From the IMG/VR virus record IMGVR_UViG_3300046323_000202, positions 1 through 52,826 of that record: 52,826 bases of DNA; one strand, 5' to 3'. This document shows, piece after piece, positions 16,966 through 26,018 of this stretch; within the stretch, counting starts at the first letter, position 1; the number at the start of each line of letters is the position of its first letter. The DNA is from a virus (lineage: Duplodnaviria; Caudoviricetes). The position numbers and the translations under genes are program-made. The notes beneath the pieces were generated by a model, which worked only from the letters and a program-made list of their open reading frames with translations, was not told the origin of the DNA and made no database searches.

Positions 16966-17444
16966 TGAAGACAAGGACTAAAATAGCTGCATTGGTACTC
17001 AGTGTAGCAGGCCTAGGTGGAATTGCTAGTCATGAAGGGCTAAAGCTCCAAGCGTACCGTCCAGTACCTCAAGATGTACCGACTGTAGGCTATGGTAGCA
17101 CTTTCTATGAAGATGGTTCCCCTGTAAAAATGGGAGATGCCATTACTAAAGAACGTGCTACTGTATTACTAAAGAACACTTCACTTGGCTTTGAAAGTAA
17201 AATCAAGCAATGCATTAAGGTTCCTTTGTGGCAATATGAGTACGATGCTTATGTTTCTTTGAGTTTCAATATAGGTACAAGTGCATTCTGCGGTAGTACT
17301 TTAGTTAAACGCTTGAATCAGTACGATTACGCTGGAGCTTGCCAAGAGATACTAAAATGGGATAAATTTCAAGGTCTACCTTTACGAGGGTTGACTAACC
17401 GTAGAATTCAGGAGAACCAGCAATGCCTTGGTATTATCAAGTAG
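16965..17444 (+). CDS. SAR endolysin (GH24 lysozyme)
   Basis: Weakly hydrophobic N-terminal SAR, HEG...D.PTVGYG.T, FNIG..AFCGSTL, GLTNRR. Confidence 0.92.
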   Translation: MKTRTKIAALVLSVAGLGGIASHEGLKLQAYRPVPQDVPTVGYGSTFYEDGSPVKMGDAITKERATVLLKNTSLGFESKIKQCIKVPLWQYEYDAYVSLSFNIGTSAFCGSTLVKRLNQYDYAGACQEILKWDKFQGLPLRGLTNRRIQENQQCLGIIK

Positions 17445-17977
17445 TAATTATTCTTACATTAAGCCTATCATTAGTCCTAGGGTTTAAGTCTTGGCATAAC
17501 CAAGTATTGAAATCCGCAGTAACTGATGCTGTGCTGATCCGTACTCAAGAGATTAACGCAGAGTACACCCAAAGACTAGCTGATCTAAAGATTGAGCAAG
17601 ATAAGAACCAGACTATCCTTGATAACAAAATCAAAGATACATTAAAGGAAAAACAAAATGCACTTCAAACTAGCACTAATAAGTACAATGATCTTCTTAA
17701 GTGGGTGCAATCACAACCCTTCCGTACCAATGGTTCCACCAGCGAAGGTAATCTCATTAGAGATACCAGTAATCCAGAAGGCACCAGAGGAGTATCTTTC
17801 AACGGATTACTACAACAAGATGCAATTAATCTTGTTGAATACGCTCAACGAACAGAAGAACTAAAGGTTTACTTGAACTCGTGCTATAGACAGTACGATG
17901 ATGTAAAGAGCACAGTGGATGCTTTTGTTCTGAAGCATAATAAGCAGGTAACCGTAGAACCCTCTGAGAAGCCCTAG
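17423..17977 (+). CDS. Rz: Inner-membrane spanin (Rz-like)
   Basis: N-terminal TM plus periplasmic coiled coil after the endolysin; contains an embedded lipoprotein gene. Confidence 0.8.
   Translation: MPWYYQVVIILTLSLSLVLGFKSWHNQVLKSAVTDAVLIRTQEINAEYTQRLADLKIEQDKNQTILDNKIKDTLKEKQNALQTSTNKYNDLLKWVQSQPFRTNGSTSEGNLIRDTSNPEGTRGVSFNGLLQQDAINLVEYAQRTEELKVYLNSCYRQYDDVKSTVDAFVLKHNKQVTVEPSEKP
17658..17864 (+). CDS. Rz1: Outer-membrane spanin lipoprotein (Rz1-like), embedded in +1 frame
   Basis: SD AAGGA, signal peptide with lipobox LSG-C, Pro-rich mature part, fully nested in Rz. Confidence 0.8.
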   Translation: MHFKLALISTMIFLSGCNHNPSVPMVPPAKVISLEIPVIQKAPEEYLSTDYYNKMQLILLNTLNEQKN

Positions 17978-18078
17978 AACAGCCTAGGATGGATTTAAAG
18001 TACCTAGGTAATACAACCATAGCCACCTTGTGTTTAAATCCACTGTAGCCCTTGTAAACAACTCTAGGTTCACAAAGC

Positions 18079-18120
18079 AGAAAACCCCAGACGCCACTTA
18101 AGGTATCTGGGGTTTTTCTA
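18079..18120. terminator. Bidirectional terminator at the convergence of the two modules
   Basis: AGAAAACCCCAGA...TCTGGGGTTTTTCT with A/T tails on both sides. Confidence 0.85.
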
Positions 18121-18129
18121 TATCTGTAC

Positions 18130-18450
18130 TTACTGGTACGTTCGTTTCTCTTTAATCTTTTGGTTAGCCCACATATAAAAACTCACTGAAGCATCATCAG
18201 TTAACTCAATTAACTTAGCTGAGTGATACTCAAGATAGCAACAACGGTTGTACTCTTGGTTGTGCTTCTGAATCTCCTTCTGGATTAACTCAGCATAATC
18301 ATTAAGTGATTTAGTGTTCTCTTCTTGCATTAAACCGCTGGAGATAATCATAGTAGTACGCTGGAGTTCTTGGCGTAGACCTTGGACTAATTCACCAAGG
18401 TACGATGAATACTCCGCTAGGTCAACGTAGTGTTTTACCGATGAAGTCAA
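18130..18450 (-). CDS. Hypothetical protein
   Basis: ORF overlapping the thioredoxin stop; TTG start. Confidence 0.6.
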   Translation of the reverse strand: MTSSVKHYVDLAEYSSYLGELVQGLRQELQRTTMIISSGLMQEENTKSLNDYAELIQKEIQKHNQEYNRCCYLEYHSAKLIELTDDASVSFYMWANQKIKEKRTYQ

Positions 18451-18704
18451 TCTGTACCTCCTAGGAATTTCATGAGTTCATCTTTGTTAAACGCTCCACT
18501 CTTTCGCTTGATTTCCTCTCCAGTCTCGTCAAGGTAAATGAGAGTTGGTAATCCACGAACACCGTAGGATTTTGCACTGACTGTATCTGCGTCGATGTTA
18601 ATAGGTACTACTTCAATTCCAGTCAAGTCAACATCCTTGAGTAGATTGGAGAGTACCTTACAGCCGCTGCACCACGGGGCCTCAAATTTTAGTAATGTTT
18701 TCAT
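18447..18704 (-). CDS. Thioredoxin
   Basis: F.APWCSGC, YGVRGLPT; downstream of RNR. Confidence 0.9.
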   Translation of the reverse strand: MKTLLKFEAPWCSGCKVLSNLLKDVDLTGIEVVPINIDADTVSAKSYGVRGLPTLIYLDETGEEIKRKSGAFNKDELMKFLGGTD

Positions 18705-18717
18705 ATTTCCTTTCGTT

Positions 18718-18739
18718 AAGAAAAGGCCGAAGCCCTTTC
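18718..18739 (-). terminator. Terminator after nrdA
   Basis: Minus strand AAGGGC-TTCG-GCCTTTTCTT. Confidence 0.65.
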
Positions 18740-18741
18740 AG

Positions 18742-21441
18742 TTATTGGCAAGCTTCGCATTCGCCTTTACTTGCTTGCACACCCGCTTGAGTGTACACGT
18801 AGTACAGAGCCAGAATGTTAGGATCAGCAAATGCTTCCTGATGAACTTCAGCAATCCAGTTAGGGGATTCATCAGCAGAGAAGAACAAGTTCAGTGACTG
18901 CCATTGATCAATATATGCAGACCTTGCTGACGCTAATCGTAACACAGCTTTCTGGTTAATCTCGAACGCTGTCTTGAATACTTGTTTCTCTTCATCAGTT
19001 AACCAATCTACCTTCTGAACTGAGCCTTGATTATCTGTCATCTCCTGAATGTGTTTCTTCGTGTATACGCCTTTCTTTTTCATAAGTTCAAGCAACACAG
19101 GATTAGTCCTATCCATTTCACCAGCAGATGTTGTCTGAGTATAACTCATAGCTGGATCAGGATTGATACCCTCTGATACACCACCCATCAGTAAAGCTGT
19201 GGACTTAGTAGGAGCAATCGCAATCAAGTGAGTATTCCGTACTCCATAACCTTTGCACCATTCTGGTTCACCTAATTCTACTGCCATTTCAGACGTAGCT
19301 AATGAAGCACCTTCCATAATACTAGCTGAGATTTCTTGGCTTAACATGTGTGCATCAAAGGATTCAAACGGTAACATCTTCTGCATAAACAATGTATGGA
19401 TACCACATAGACCTAGACCAAGTGCCCTTGATTTCTCAGTGAATTTAACTGCCTTTTCTAATCCGCGAATACCCTTAGCTCGTTCAATGAATTCTCCAGC
19501 TACACAGTCCAAGAAAATAGTAGCCCAGTAAACAGCGTCAGTATCTTTCCATTCGTTGAACTTAGCTGCATTCATCGAAGAGAGTACGCAAGTGTAGGTC
19601 AAGTCTTTACTGTTATGAAGAATAATTTCTGAACATTGTCCTGTCAATAATCCATTGAATACCCCCATTCCTCGTTTTGGTTCTGTAAAACAGTAGGTGT
19701 CATCAATTCGTCCCTCGTCAATTACCTCCATGACTTTAACAAAGTGATTACATTCCCGATTTGGGCGGTGATCACTTAGAACCAACCTGTGAGTCTTAAA
19801 TCCAAGGTCTTGCAAGTTATTTATACCAGTTTGACCAAACATGATTCTCCACGAGTTCTGACAGAAGTACTCCTTGTTTAGCCCCGTACCATCATTTGCG
19901 GGTAAACTGCGCATTCCTTCATCAGCAGCCCACATTACCTTAGAGGATACCCCCATCGTTTGTAGCATCATTTGTATTTCTAGTAAGAAATTCTTATTAA
20001 TACTCCCTGCTTGAATACTTTGAGTAGGTCCATTACGACAAACAACTCCATCACCATCTAAGAATCCAGCAAGCCACTCAAGTTTAGATTTAATTGTATA
20101 GTTCCCAGAGGGTACAAAGAATTTATTCTTCAATAGTTTAGTTGTCTTGTACTGACGATTCATATCCTCTTGCACGTACCATTTACCACCAAGGTCATCA
20201 AATAGGTTTTCAAGTTTACGTTTTGCATGATAAAGGTAGATACGTTGTCCTGCTTTTTCAATACACCCGTCCGCGCTATAAAATCCATTAGCATACGCAA
20301 AATCAAGTGTATCTTCACCTTCAATGATAGGAAAATCGCACTTAATTAGTTTGTCGCCTTTCTTTAATTCATTTGCTCGTTTTTCAATAATCCAGCGATT
20401 ACCACTAACATCATTTCGCATTGCTACATAGAACTTGTGGTAAGGAGTGCATTCTAATTCAAACCCACTATTCGTAACTACCCGAACTAACTTCTGATTC
20501 TCACCAGTTTTCTTTACAACTACACTAGAGAACTCTTTACCATTCCATACATTTACGGTTTCATCTTCAAGATCAACAATCTGTTGATACCCCTCATCTG
20601 TTAGAACTAAAGTTTCAGGTGCTACACAAAGTTGACTGTTGTTAATAAACAACCCTCTATCCTTGTACATAGCTGGACGTTTTTCGTTGGCTTTGTCAAT
20701 AAAGAAGAAGTAGCCCTTACCAGTTACCATCTTGACTTTCATGGCTTTCTGGAAACGCTCTACAGCTTCAGAATCTCCTTTGTTTAAACGATCAATAAAT
20801 GTTTGCTTGATAGTCCACCCAATATTTAAATCATCACCATCTGCGGATAAGTGGTCAATCAGTTCATTGAAGTCCCCGTGTTCAATATCTAGATAGCAAG
20901 CCCAAGCACCTCTACGTGCTGTACCTTGAGCGATATTTCGCATTGCACTTACATGTTCTTTAACAATCGGCATCACCCCGGAAGCCTTACCACCTACACT
21001 GATCTTAGAACCACGAGGACGAATTGAACTCAAATCCGTAGCAGTACCAAAGCCGTACTTGGTCAACATAGCTACTTCGTGTAGATTGCTGTAGAAGCCA
21101 TCCACAGAGTCCTCTGCGACTGTTCCAGAGCATGATACTGGCATACCCCTTGCTGTACCCATATTAGCCAACACAGGAGTACTAGGAGACAACCAACCGT
21201 TCCACAGCAGTTCAAAGAATTTATCTTTCGCTTCAGCCTCAAATACAGTACCTTTTAGATGCTTAGCTGCTGTAGCTGCAATACGCTCAAATTGCCCTTT
21301 AACTGATTTCCCGTTCGTATCGTACTCGTACTTATCAGCGAACATTTGATAGCCGCCTGTGGTATACCAGCTAGGAACAAGACCTTGCTCTTGTAGTTCT
21401 TTTCGTTTCTCACTTAAGTCCTTGTATAGATTCTTACTCAT
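18742..21441 (-). CDS. nrdA: Ribonucleotide reductase class I alpha subunit, intein-containing
   Basis: SPSTPVL.N, PVSC, G.ARRGA, QL[intein]CSEI, IAPTKST, LYY, C-terminal CEAC. Confidence 0.95.
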   Translation of the reverse strand: MSKNLYKDLSEKRKELQEQGLVPSWYTTGGYQMFADKYEYDTNGKSVKGQFERIAATAAKHLKGTVFEAEAKDKFFELLWNGWLSPSTPVLANMGTARGMPVSCSGTVAEDSVDGFYSNLHEVAMLTKYGFGTATDLSSIRPRGSKISVGGKASGVMPIVKEHVSAMRNIAQGTARRGAWACYLDIEHGDFNELIDHLSADGDDLNIGWTIKQTFIDRLNKGDSEAVERFQKAMKVKMVTGKGYFFFIDKANEKRPAMYKDRGLFINNSQLCVAPETLVLTDEGYQQIVDLEDETVNVWNGKEFSSVVVKKTGENQKLVRVVTNSGFELECTPYHKFYVAMRNDVSGNRWIIEKRANELKKGDKLIKCDFPIIEGEDTLDFAYANGFYSADGCIEKAGQRIYLYHAKRKLENLFDDLGGKWYVQEDMNRQYKTTKLLKNKFFVPSGNYTIKSKLEWLAGFLDGDGVVCRNGPTQSIQAGSINKNFLLEIQMMLQTMGVSSKVMWAADEGMRSLPANDGTGLNKEYFCQNSWRIMFGQTGINNLQDLGFKTHRLVLSDHRPNRECNHFVKVMEVIDEGRIDDTYCFTEPKRGMGVFNGLLTGQCSEIILHNSKDLTYTCVLSSMNAAKFNEWKDTDAVYWATIFLDCVAGEFIERAKGIRGLEKAVKFTEKSRALGLGLCGIHTLFMQKMLPFESFDAHMLSQEISASIMEGASLATSEMAVELGEPEWCKGYGVRNTHLIAIAPTKSTALLMGGVSEGINPDPAMSYTQTTSAGEMDRTNPVLLELMKKKGVYTKKHIQEMTDNQGSVQKVDWLTDEEKQVFKTAFEINQKAVLRLASARSAYIDQWQSLNLFFSADESPNWIAEVHQEAFADPNILALYYVYTQAGVQASKGECEACQ
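19636..20628 (-). mobile_element. Intein (331 aa) with LAGLIDADG homing endonuclease, C-terminal Gln
   Basis: Starts CVAPETLVLT, block B LECTPYHKF, LAGLIDADG motifs ANGFYSADG and LAGFLDGDG, block F DTYCFTEP, ends GLLTGQ before catalytic Cys. Confidence 0.93.
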
Positions 21442-22402
21442 TGATAGCCTTCCATTTAAATTCTGATTGATCCCAGTTCCGATTGTACTCTCTTCCTACT
21501 CCGCTGAAAAAGTCATTGAACTGGTATTTATTGATCCCATCGTAGAATGTTTCAGCAATTGGATTGTACTTTACATCGTACTCTTTTTCATACCCTAATT
21601 CCTTCAGACACTCATTGACTCTTGACTGAACAAAACACTCAAGCTGATGCGCCGTGATTCCGGGAATAGTTCCTTTCTCAAATAGCATAGAAATGATCTT
21701 GCACTCGTGTTCATAAATTTTACGACCAGCTTCTCTTACTTTATTTTCAAGCTCTGCTAGTTCCTCTTCGGAATGGTCTTCTAATGATAATTTGTATTTA
21801 AACGCCCAAGCTCCACCGATTGAGTGGAGGTGTTCGTCCCTACAAGACATATTTATGCCACGAACTACGTTCATTAGTTTGTTCTTACCTTGGGATTGAT
21901 AGTGCTTCAAGAAAGCAAAACTACTATACAAGATAACACCTTCGACCATACTAAACGCTGCAAGTGAAATCAAATCATCAGGGTGATCAATGATCTCTCC
22001 AATGTGTTCAACCCTTGATTTAAGGATAGGATCATCCAAGTAAGACATATAGAACTCTGGAGTATCAATATGAAGTAACTGATTAATCTTGTTGTAGAAC
22101 GGTGCATGAATAGCTAGTTCAACCATACTAAAAACAGAAGCCATTCGGTGAAACTCCGCACCATTGAACATTTTCTTAAAGCGTCCACCCCAGTATTCAG
22201 AACCAGCATGAGTCTCATAGATACTGAATAATTTTAGAGTAGTAATAACTGCGTGTTTCTCTGATTCAGTGAAGTTAACCAGAACGTCCTGAATATCTTT
22301 AGCTACATTGATCTCGTCAGCAGTCCAGAATACTTTAAGTTGTTGATCTGCGAACTCAATTGGTTCTTCTCGTTCGTTAATTGGTAGTAAGTAATTTTCC
22401 AT
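21434..22402 (-). CDS. nrdB: Ribonucleotide reductase class I beta subunit
   Basis: FWTADE, E...H...Y, VEGVILYSSF, RDEHLH, DFF; coupled to nrdA. Confidence 0.93.
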   Translation of the reverse strand: MENYLLPINEREEPIEFADQQLKVFWTADEINVAKDIQDVLVNFTESEKHAVITTLKLFSIYETHAGSEYWGGRFKKMFNGAEFHRMASVFSMVELAIHAPFYNKINQLLHIDTPEFYMSYLDDPILKSRVEHIGEIIDHPDDLISLAAFSMVEGVILYSSFAFLKHYQSQGKNKLMNVVRGINMSCRDEHLHSIGGAWAFKYKLSLEDHSEEELAELENKVREAGRKIYEHECKIISMLFEKGTIPGITAHQLECFVQSRVNECLKELGYEKEYDVKYNPIAETFYDGINKYQFNDFFSGVGREYNRNWDQSEFKWKAINE

Positions 22403-22415
22403 TATTTTCCTTTAT

Positions 22416-22748
22416 TTATTCTGTCATTCCACGCAAGGAATATAAATCCTTGACTAAATTATTCCCACTTGATTTATCCTTAGCCTCTTGGCTGGAGTAC
22501 TCTGACTCGATCCACTTCTGATCTAAGCGTTCATTTCCGACAAACCTGCTACAAGTATTGATATTTCCGAACCGATTACGATGAGTGTTGAACTGAACCT
22601 CATAGGGCTGATTAACATCTATTCCAAGGTCATATAACACCCCTTCTAGCTGCTGTGGATTGCTCTGAACCCATTCCTCAGTGTAAAGAGGATTAACCGT
22701 CCATAGCTCGCTTTGGCTAATGTAGACTAGTGCAATAATTGAACTCAT
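22416..22748 (-). CDS. Hypothetical protein
   Basis: ATGA overlap with thyX, SD present. Confidence 0.7.
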   Translation of the reverse strand: MSSIIALVYISQSELWTVNPLYTEEWVQSNPQQLEGVLYDLGIDVNQPYEVQFNTHRNRFGNINTCSRFVGNERLDQKWIESEYSSQEAKDKSSGNNLVKDLYSLRGMTE

Positions 22749-23407
22749 TGTTTATCTCCTTGTTTAACTAATGCCTTCCATGCAACGGGAAATAAATCAA
22801 GTGCTTTTATGTTAATCATTTCAGCAACCTCTGTAGCCTCTTTCTGAGTATGAGGATCAAGCCTTAAGCTACACATCTTTGCAAAAGCAAATAAACTTCC
22901 TGACCAAACCCAATCAGTGCATGTATCTAGAAGTAAGGCTGCTCGTGCTTGCTCAGGTGCGACATTCAATGCTAATAGTTCATTATAAGCCTTCAATGAG
23001 TGTTCAGCTAAATCCCAAAAGATTTTATCCGCTAATTCAAAATCATTGTTATTCAATAAACCACCCGAGCCTTGTTTAATTGATTTATCAGGACGGTATC
23101 GCCATTCTAATTTAAAGAACTCCGGCACGTCATCAACATATCGGCGAGATGTTTCATTCCAAGGTAAATATTCGTGTTTTACTAGTTGTCGTGCTACAAA
23201 AATAGGTGCCTTTACTCGAAATGACATAAAAGCATGATTGAAGCAACTCTTATGATTGTGATCAGATAAATACCGAATCAGCTTACTATTCTGCTCATCT
23301 GAATACAAACCAGATGTTTTGTTAAATGAAACCCTTGCTGCATTGACTACTGAATTATCATTACCAAAATGGTCAATATACTCTACTTGTGTTGTTGTCT
23401 TAATCAT
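22745..23407 (-). CDS. thyX: Flavin-dependent thymidylate synthase
   Basis: VVNAARVSF, APIFVARQLVKH, NETSRRY, APEQAR, LRLDPHTQKE. Confidence 0.93.
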   Translation of the reverse strand: MIKTTTQVEYIDHFGNDNSVVNAARVSFNKTSGLYSDEQNSKLIRYLSDHNHKSCFNHAFMSFRVKAPIFVARQLVKHEYLPWNETSRRYVDDVPEFFKLEWRYRPDKSIKQGSGGLLNNNDFELADKIFWDLAEHSLKAYNELLALNVAPEQARAALLLDTCTDWVWSGSLFAFAKMCSLRLDPHTQKEATEVAEMINIKALDLFPVAWKALVKQGDKQ

Positions 23408-24044
23408 TTAACTCCTTAATTACTCTGTTGTAGATATCTGGAAAACTATAACCACTGCATATTGCCTGAAGACATTGGCGGCTATACTTATGATCCTCCA
23501 TGATCATATCAATCGCCCCTTGTTTGGCACGATTTAAGTCTCCTTTAATTTTTAAATATTTCCTGAGAATTATTTCTACCTCTTCGTCCTTAACTACAGA
23601 GTTAAGTGGACGTAATCCTTGAGATTTTCTAGCATGCGCGGAAATTCTGCACCTATCGGCGGCAGGTTTATCTAAATTATTATCCCTAGAACTACCAATC
23701 GCAATGTTGTTTTTACTTAAATCAAGTTTATTTGCGTTAAGGTGTCTTACGTTAACCCCTTTTCTTAATGCAATTTCTCCATATAGTAAATATGCAACAA
23801 ATTTGTGAATGGCAAAAGAGACATTTTTCTTTCTTCCTGTATTGTCATTCATAGTTAAGAACGGATACCTTTGAGTACCGTACTGTTTTGGTTTCATTCT
23901 TGTGCCCAACGGTGTAACAACTTCTTGAGAGTTAAAATCAAAATAGTAACCTCTTTCTACTGCTTTAATTATGTTAAGACAATTGCTGCTGTACTCTAAA
24001 GGATAGTTGATTATACTCTCAGGAATTTCTGGTAGAAATGTCAT
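23400..24044 (-). CDS. Free-standing HNH homing endonuclease
   Basis: IHKFVA...VRHLNANK...N motif; AT-rich; overlaps thyX start. Confidence 0.7.
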   Translation of the reverse strand: MTFLPEIPESIINYPLEYSSNCLNIIKAVERGYYFDFNSQEVVTPLGTRMKPKQYGTQRYPFLTMNDNTGRKKNVSFAIHKFVAYLLYGEIALRKGVNVRHLNANKLDLSKNNIAIGSSRDNNLDKPAADRCRISAHARKSQGLRPLNSVVKDEEVEIILRKYLKIKGDLNRAKQGAIDMIMEDHKYSRQCLQAICSGYSFPDIYNRVIKELND

Positions 24045-24052
24045 AGTTCTCC

Positions 24053-24256
24053 TTATTCTGCGTTAGTAATGTCTGTACTTTCACCTGTGTTAATCCAATA
24101 AGAATCAAAGGGTGCATCTGTGGCTTTCACATGAAAGATTCCTTGTGCTTGAAGCTCCACTACTTGTACGTTGCGTCCGTTATGAAGGAATACTTCACCT
24201 AGTGTGTACTGCTTAATAGGTGTATCTTTTGTTTGTGCGTTTGTATTCTTAGTCAT
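24053..24256 (-). CDS. Hypothetical protein
   Basis: SD AAGGA, downstream of a promoter. Confidence 0.65.
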   Translation of the reverse strand: MTKNTNAQTKDTPIKQYTLGEVFLHNGRNVQVVELQAQGIFHVKATDAPFDSYWINTGESTDITNAE

Positions 24257-24303
24257 ATTATTCCTTTATTCATTCTGATATTAGCTTTTAAAAGTGGGCA
24301 GTT

Positions 24304-24332
24304 ATTCTAACACACCCAACGAGGGACTTCAA
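24304..24332 (-). promoter_or_regulatory. Sigma70-type promoter
   Basis: Minus strand TTGAAG-17 bp-TAGAAT with TGn extension. Confidence 0.65.
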
Positions 24333-24658
24333 GTGAAGTATTGCTTTGATTTACCTTCTTTGTAACCCTTCATCTCAAACCAAAGTAAAAACAATACATT
24401 AGTACAAGCATGAGCCAAGTGATGTAGTCCTGATTCTTGATCGTTCTTCTCACCGTCCCACCATGCAGTAATGTGCCGCATCAAAGCACTGTAGTACCGC
24501 TTCTTAGCGTTAGGTACTTGCTTCCAGTTACATCCATCATCTGCTGGATACTTCTTATCACCGTAGTGCAGCACCTTTAGGACTTCTTTGATGGGTTCAA
24601 TTGGCAGATACCACCATTGAAGCTTACCATCGTCGTACTTGATTCCTTTATTTTCCAT
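24329..24658 (-). CDS. DUF5664-like dATP/dGTP diphosphohydrolase domain protein
   Basis: G.KYDDGK, VL.YG..KY...NW, A.MRH..AW..GE..D.ESGL.HLAHA; start re-assigned to SD-preceded ATG at 24658. Confidence 0.8.
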   Translation of the reverse strand: MENKGIKYDDGKLQWWYLPIEPIKEVLKVLHYGDKKYPADDGCNWKQVPNAKKRYYSALMRHITAWWDGEKNDQESGLHHLAHACTNVLFLLWFEMKGYKEGKSKQYFT

Positions 24659-24671
24659 CGTACTCCTTTTA

Positions 24672-25142
24672 TTAATTCCAGCAATCACTCAAGTCGTTTT
24701 CTATGAAACCTTTGGGTTTTCTGTACTTACCACTCGAGTCTCGTATCACCCACTTATTGTACATCAGATCAAGACTCGCCTTGGTTTCAATTCCTTTGTT
24801 TTTGTAGAATTCTACAGTCTCTTCTACCACCGTATGATCAGTAGGGAACTTCGTTAGGTTATTCTGACCTGTCTTAACTAACGCTTTACCTAAGTCAGCA
24901 CCTTGACGTTCTAGTTTAATCATATAACCAAAGATCGTTACAAGCGAATCAACACAACCATCAAGCTGTTCTGTGAGATCATCACTGTCGAGTGCTTCTT
25001 GAATCTCTTGGACTTCCTCTTTGATTAACTTTAGTTGCTGCTGCTTTGCCTCTTTAGTAATCTCTTTGGACTGTCCTGCAATATTACAGCACATTTCACT
25101 GTCCTTAAATAGACTCCAGAGTGCATCTTGCATTTTATTCAT
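24672..25142 (-). CDS. MazG-like all-alpha NTP pyrophosphohydrolase
   Basis: LIKEEVQE...E.LDG.VD...NNLTKF...GK.RKP..F. Confidence 0.75.
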   Translation of the reverse strand: MNKMQDALWSLFKDSEMCCNIAGQSKEITKEAKQQQLKLIKEEVQEIQEALDSDDLTEQLDGCVDSLVTIFGYMIKLERQGADLGKALVKTGQNNLTKFPTDHTVVEETVEFYKNKGIETKASLDLMYNKWVIRDSSGKYRKPKGFIENDLSDCWN

Positions 25143-25218
25143 TCGTATTCCTTTGTAAACGTAACCGCAGGTTGCAGTTACTTGTGTTAAGTATTAGTCT
25201 AAGTTCTCGGTAGTTCAT
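25135..25218 (-). CDS. Possible 27-aa bridging ORF (MNYRELRLIL...)
   Basis: TAATG overlap with the upstream stop; its own stop overlaps the next gene's start region. Confidence 0.3.
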   Translation of the reverse strand: MNYRELRLILNTSNCNLRLRLQRNTNE

Positions 25219-25517
25219 TACCCGTAAATCTGGATTACTTTTTGACTGCGTGTACTATTATTCTCATTATAGTACCCAACAGTAATTTCAACACTTTGTG
25301 GACTTTGAATAGTAGCATTTAAGTCCCATAGTACTATTCCTTTCTTAGTCAAACCAGTAGCATTCAGTATTTGTTGAAATAAATGTGCATTCACCCCTTC
25401 TGGCTTAACCTCAGTTTTTAACTTGGGCTTATCCACAAATACACCTTCACTGATCCACTTATCGTTCCCTTCAGCATCCACGATAACACTGAAGATTTTA
25501 ACTTCGTTCTCTTTCAT
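25218..25517 (-). CDS. Hypothetical protein
   Basis: ORF with SD in operon. Confidence 0.65.
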   Translation of the reverse strand: MKENEVKIFSVIVDAEGNDKWISEGVFVDKPKLKTEVKPEGVNAHLFQQILNATGLTKKGIVLWDLNATIQSPQSVEITVGYYNENNSTRSQKVIQIYG

Positions 25518-25775
25518 TTACTCTCCTTTGATTAAGTATTTAATAACGGTATAAGCAGCTTGAGTAATCCGAAGAATAATCATAGCTGAAAACCCAAGAA
25601 CTACTCCGATGATTCCTCCCATTGGGAATAAGTAAACACCATAAAGTAAAAGACCAAGGGTTAGTCCTAGAGTAACTACTAGAAGACTAGTATAAGCGTC
25701 TTGTACTTTATTGGGTGCATAGTCGCCTCTGATTGCTGAAAATCTACTTAGTATTTGTTTACTGATCATTTTCAT
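25518..25775 (-). CDS. Small membrane protein (2 TM)
   Basis: Two hydrophobic helices; SD AAGGA. Confidence 0.65.
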   Translation of the reverse strand: MKMISKQILSRFSAIRGDYAPNKVQDAYTSLLVVTLGLTLGLLLYGVYLFPMGGIIGVVLGFSAMIILRITQAAYTVIKYLIKGE

Positions 25776-25781
25776 TTTCCT

Positions 25782-25967
25782 TTATTCGTTAACTTCAGCG
25801 CAATCGGAGTATAACACGTAGTTTTTAGTATTGTACATTCCAGCAGTCCTTACCCACACTGACATATCTTTTGGTTCTTTCAGAACATATAGAACATCGA
25901 ACACTTCACCAACGCGGTCATGATACCACATAAGACTGTCGCTGCACTTCATAATTTTGATCTTCAT
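25782..25967 (-). CDS. Hypothetical protein
   Basis: Start moved to ATG after SD AAGGAG; MKIKI..C.D.L.WY...VG motif. Confidence 0.65.
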   Translation of the reverse strand: MKIKIMKCSDSLMWYHDRVGEVFDVLYVLKEPKDMSVWVRTAGMYNTKNYVLYSDCAEVNE

Positions 25968-25985
25968 TAATTCTCCTTTGGACGT

Positions 25986-26015
25986 AGAAAAACCCTCGCT
26001 CATCACGAGGGTTTT
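25986..26015 (-). terminator. Terminator
   Basis: AAAACCCTCG/CGAGGGTTTT stem with T tail on the minus strand. Confidence 0.75.
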
Positions 26016-26018
26016 ACT

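Noticed and set aside
24329-25142. 2-aminoadenine (Z) genome pathway
   Set aside because: No PurZ or HD-family dATPase visible in the window; DUF5664 and MazG-like genes alone are insufficient
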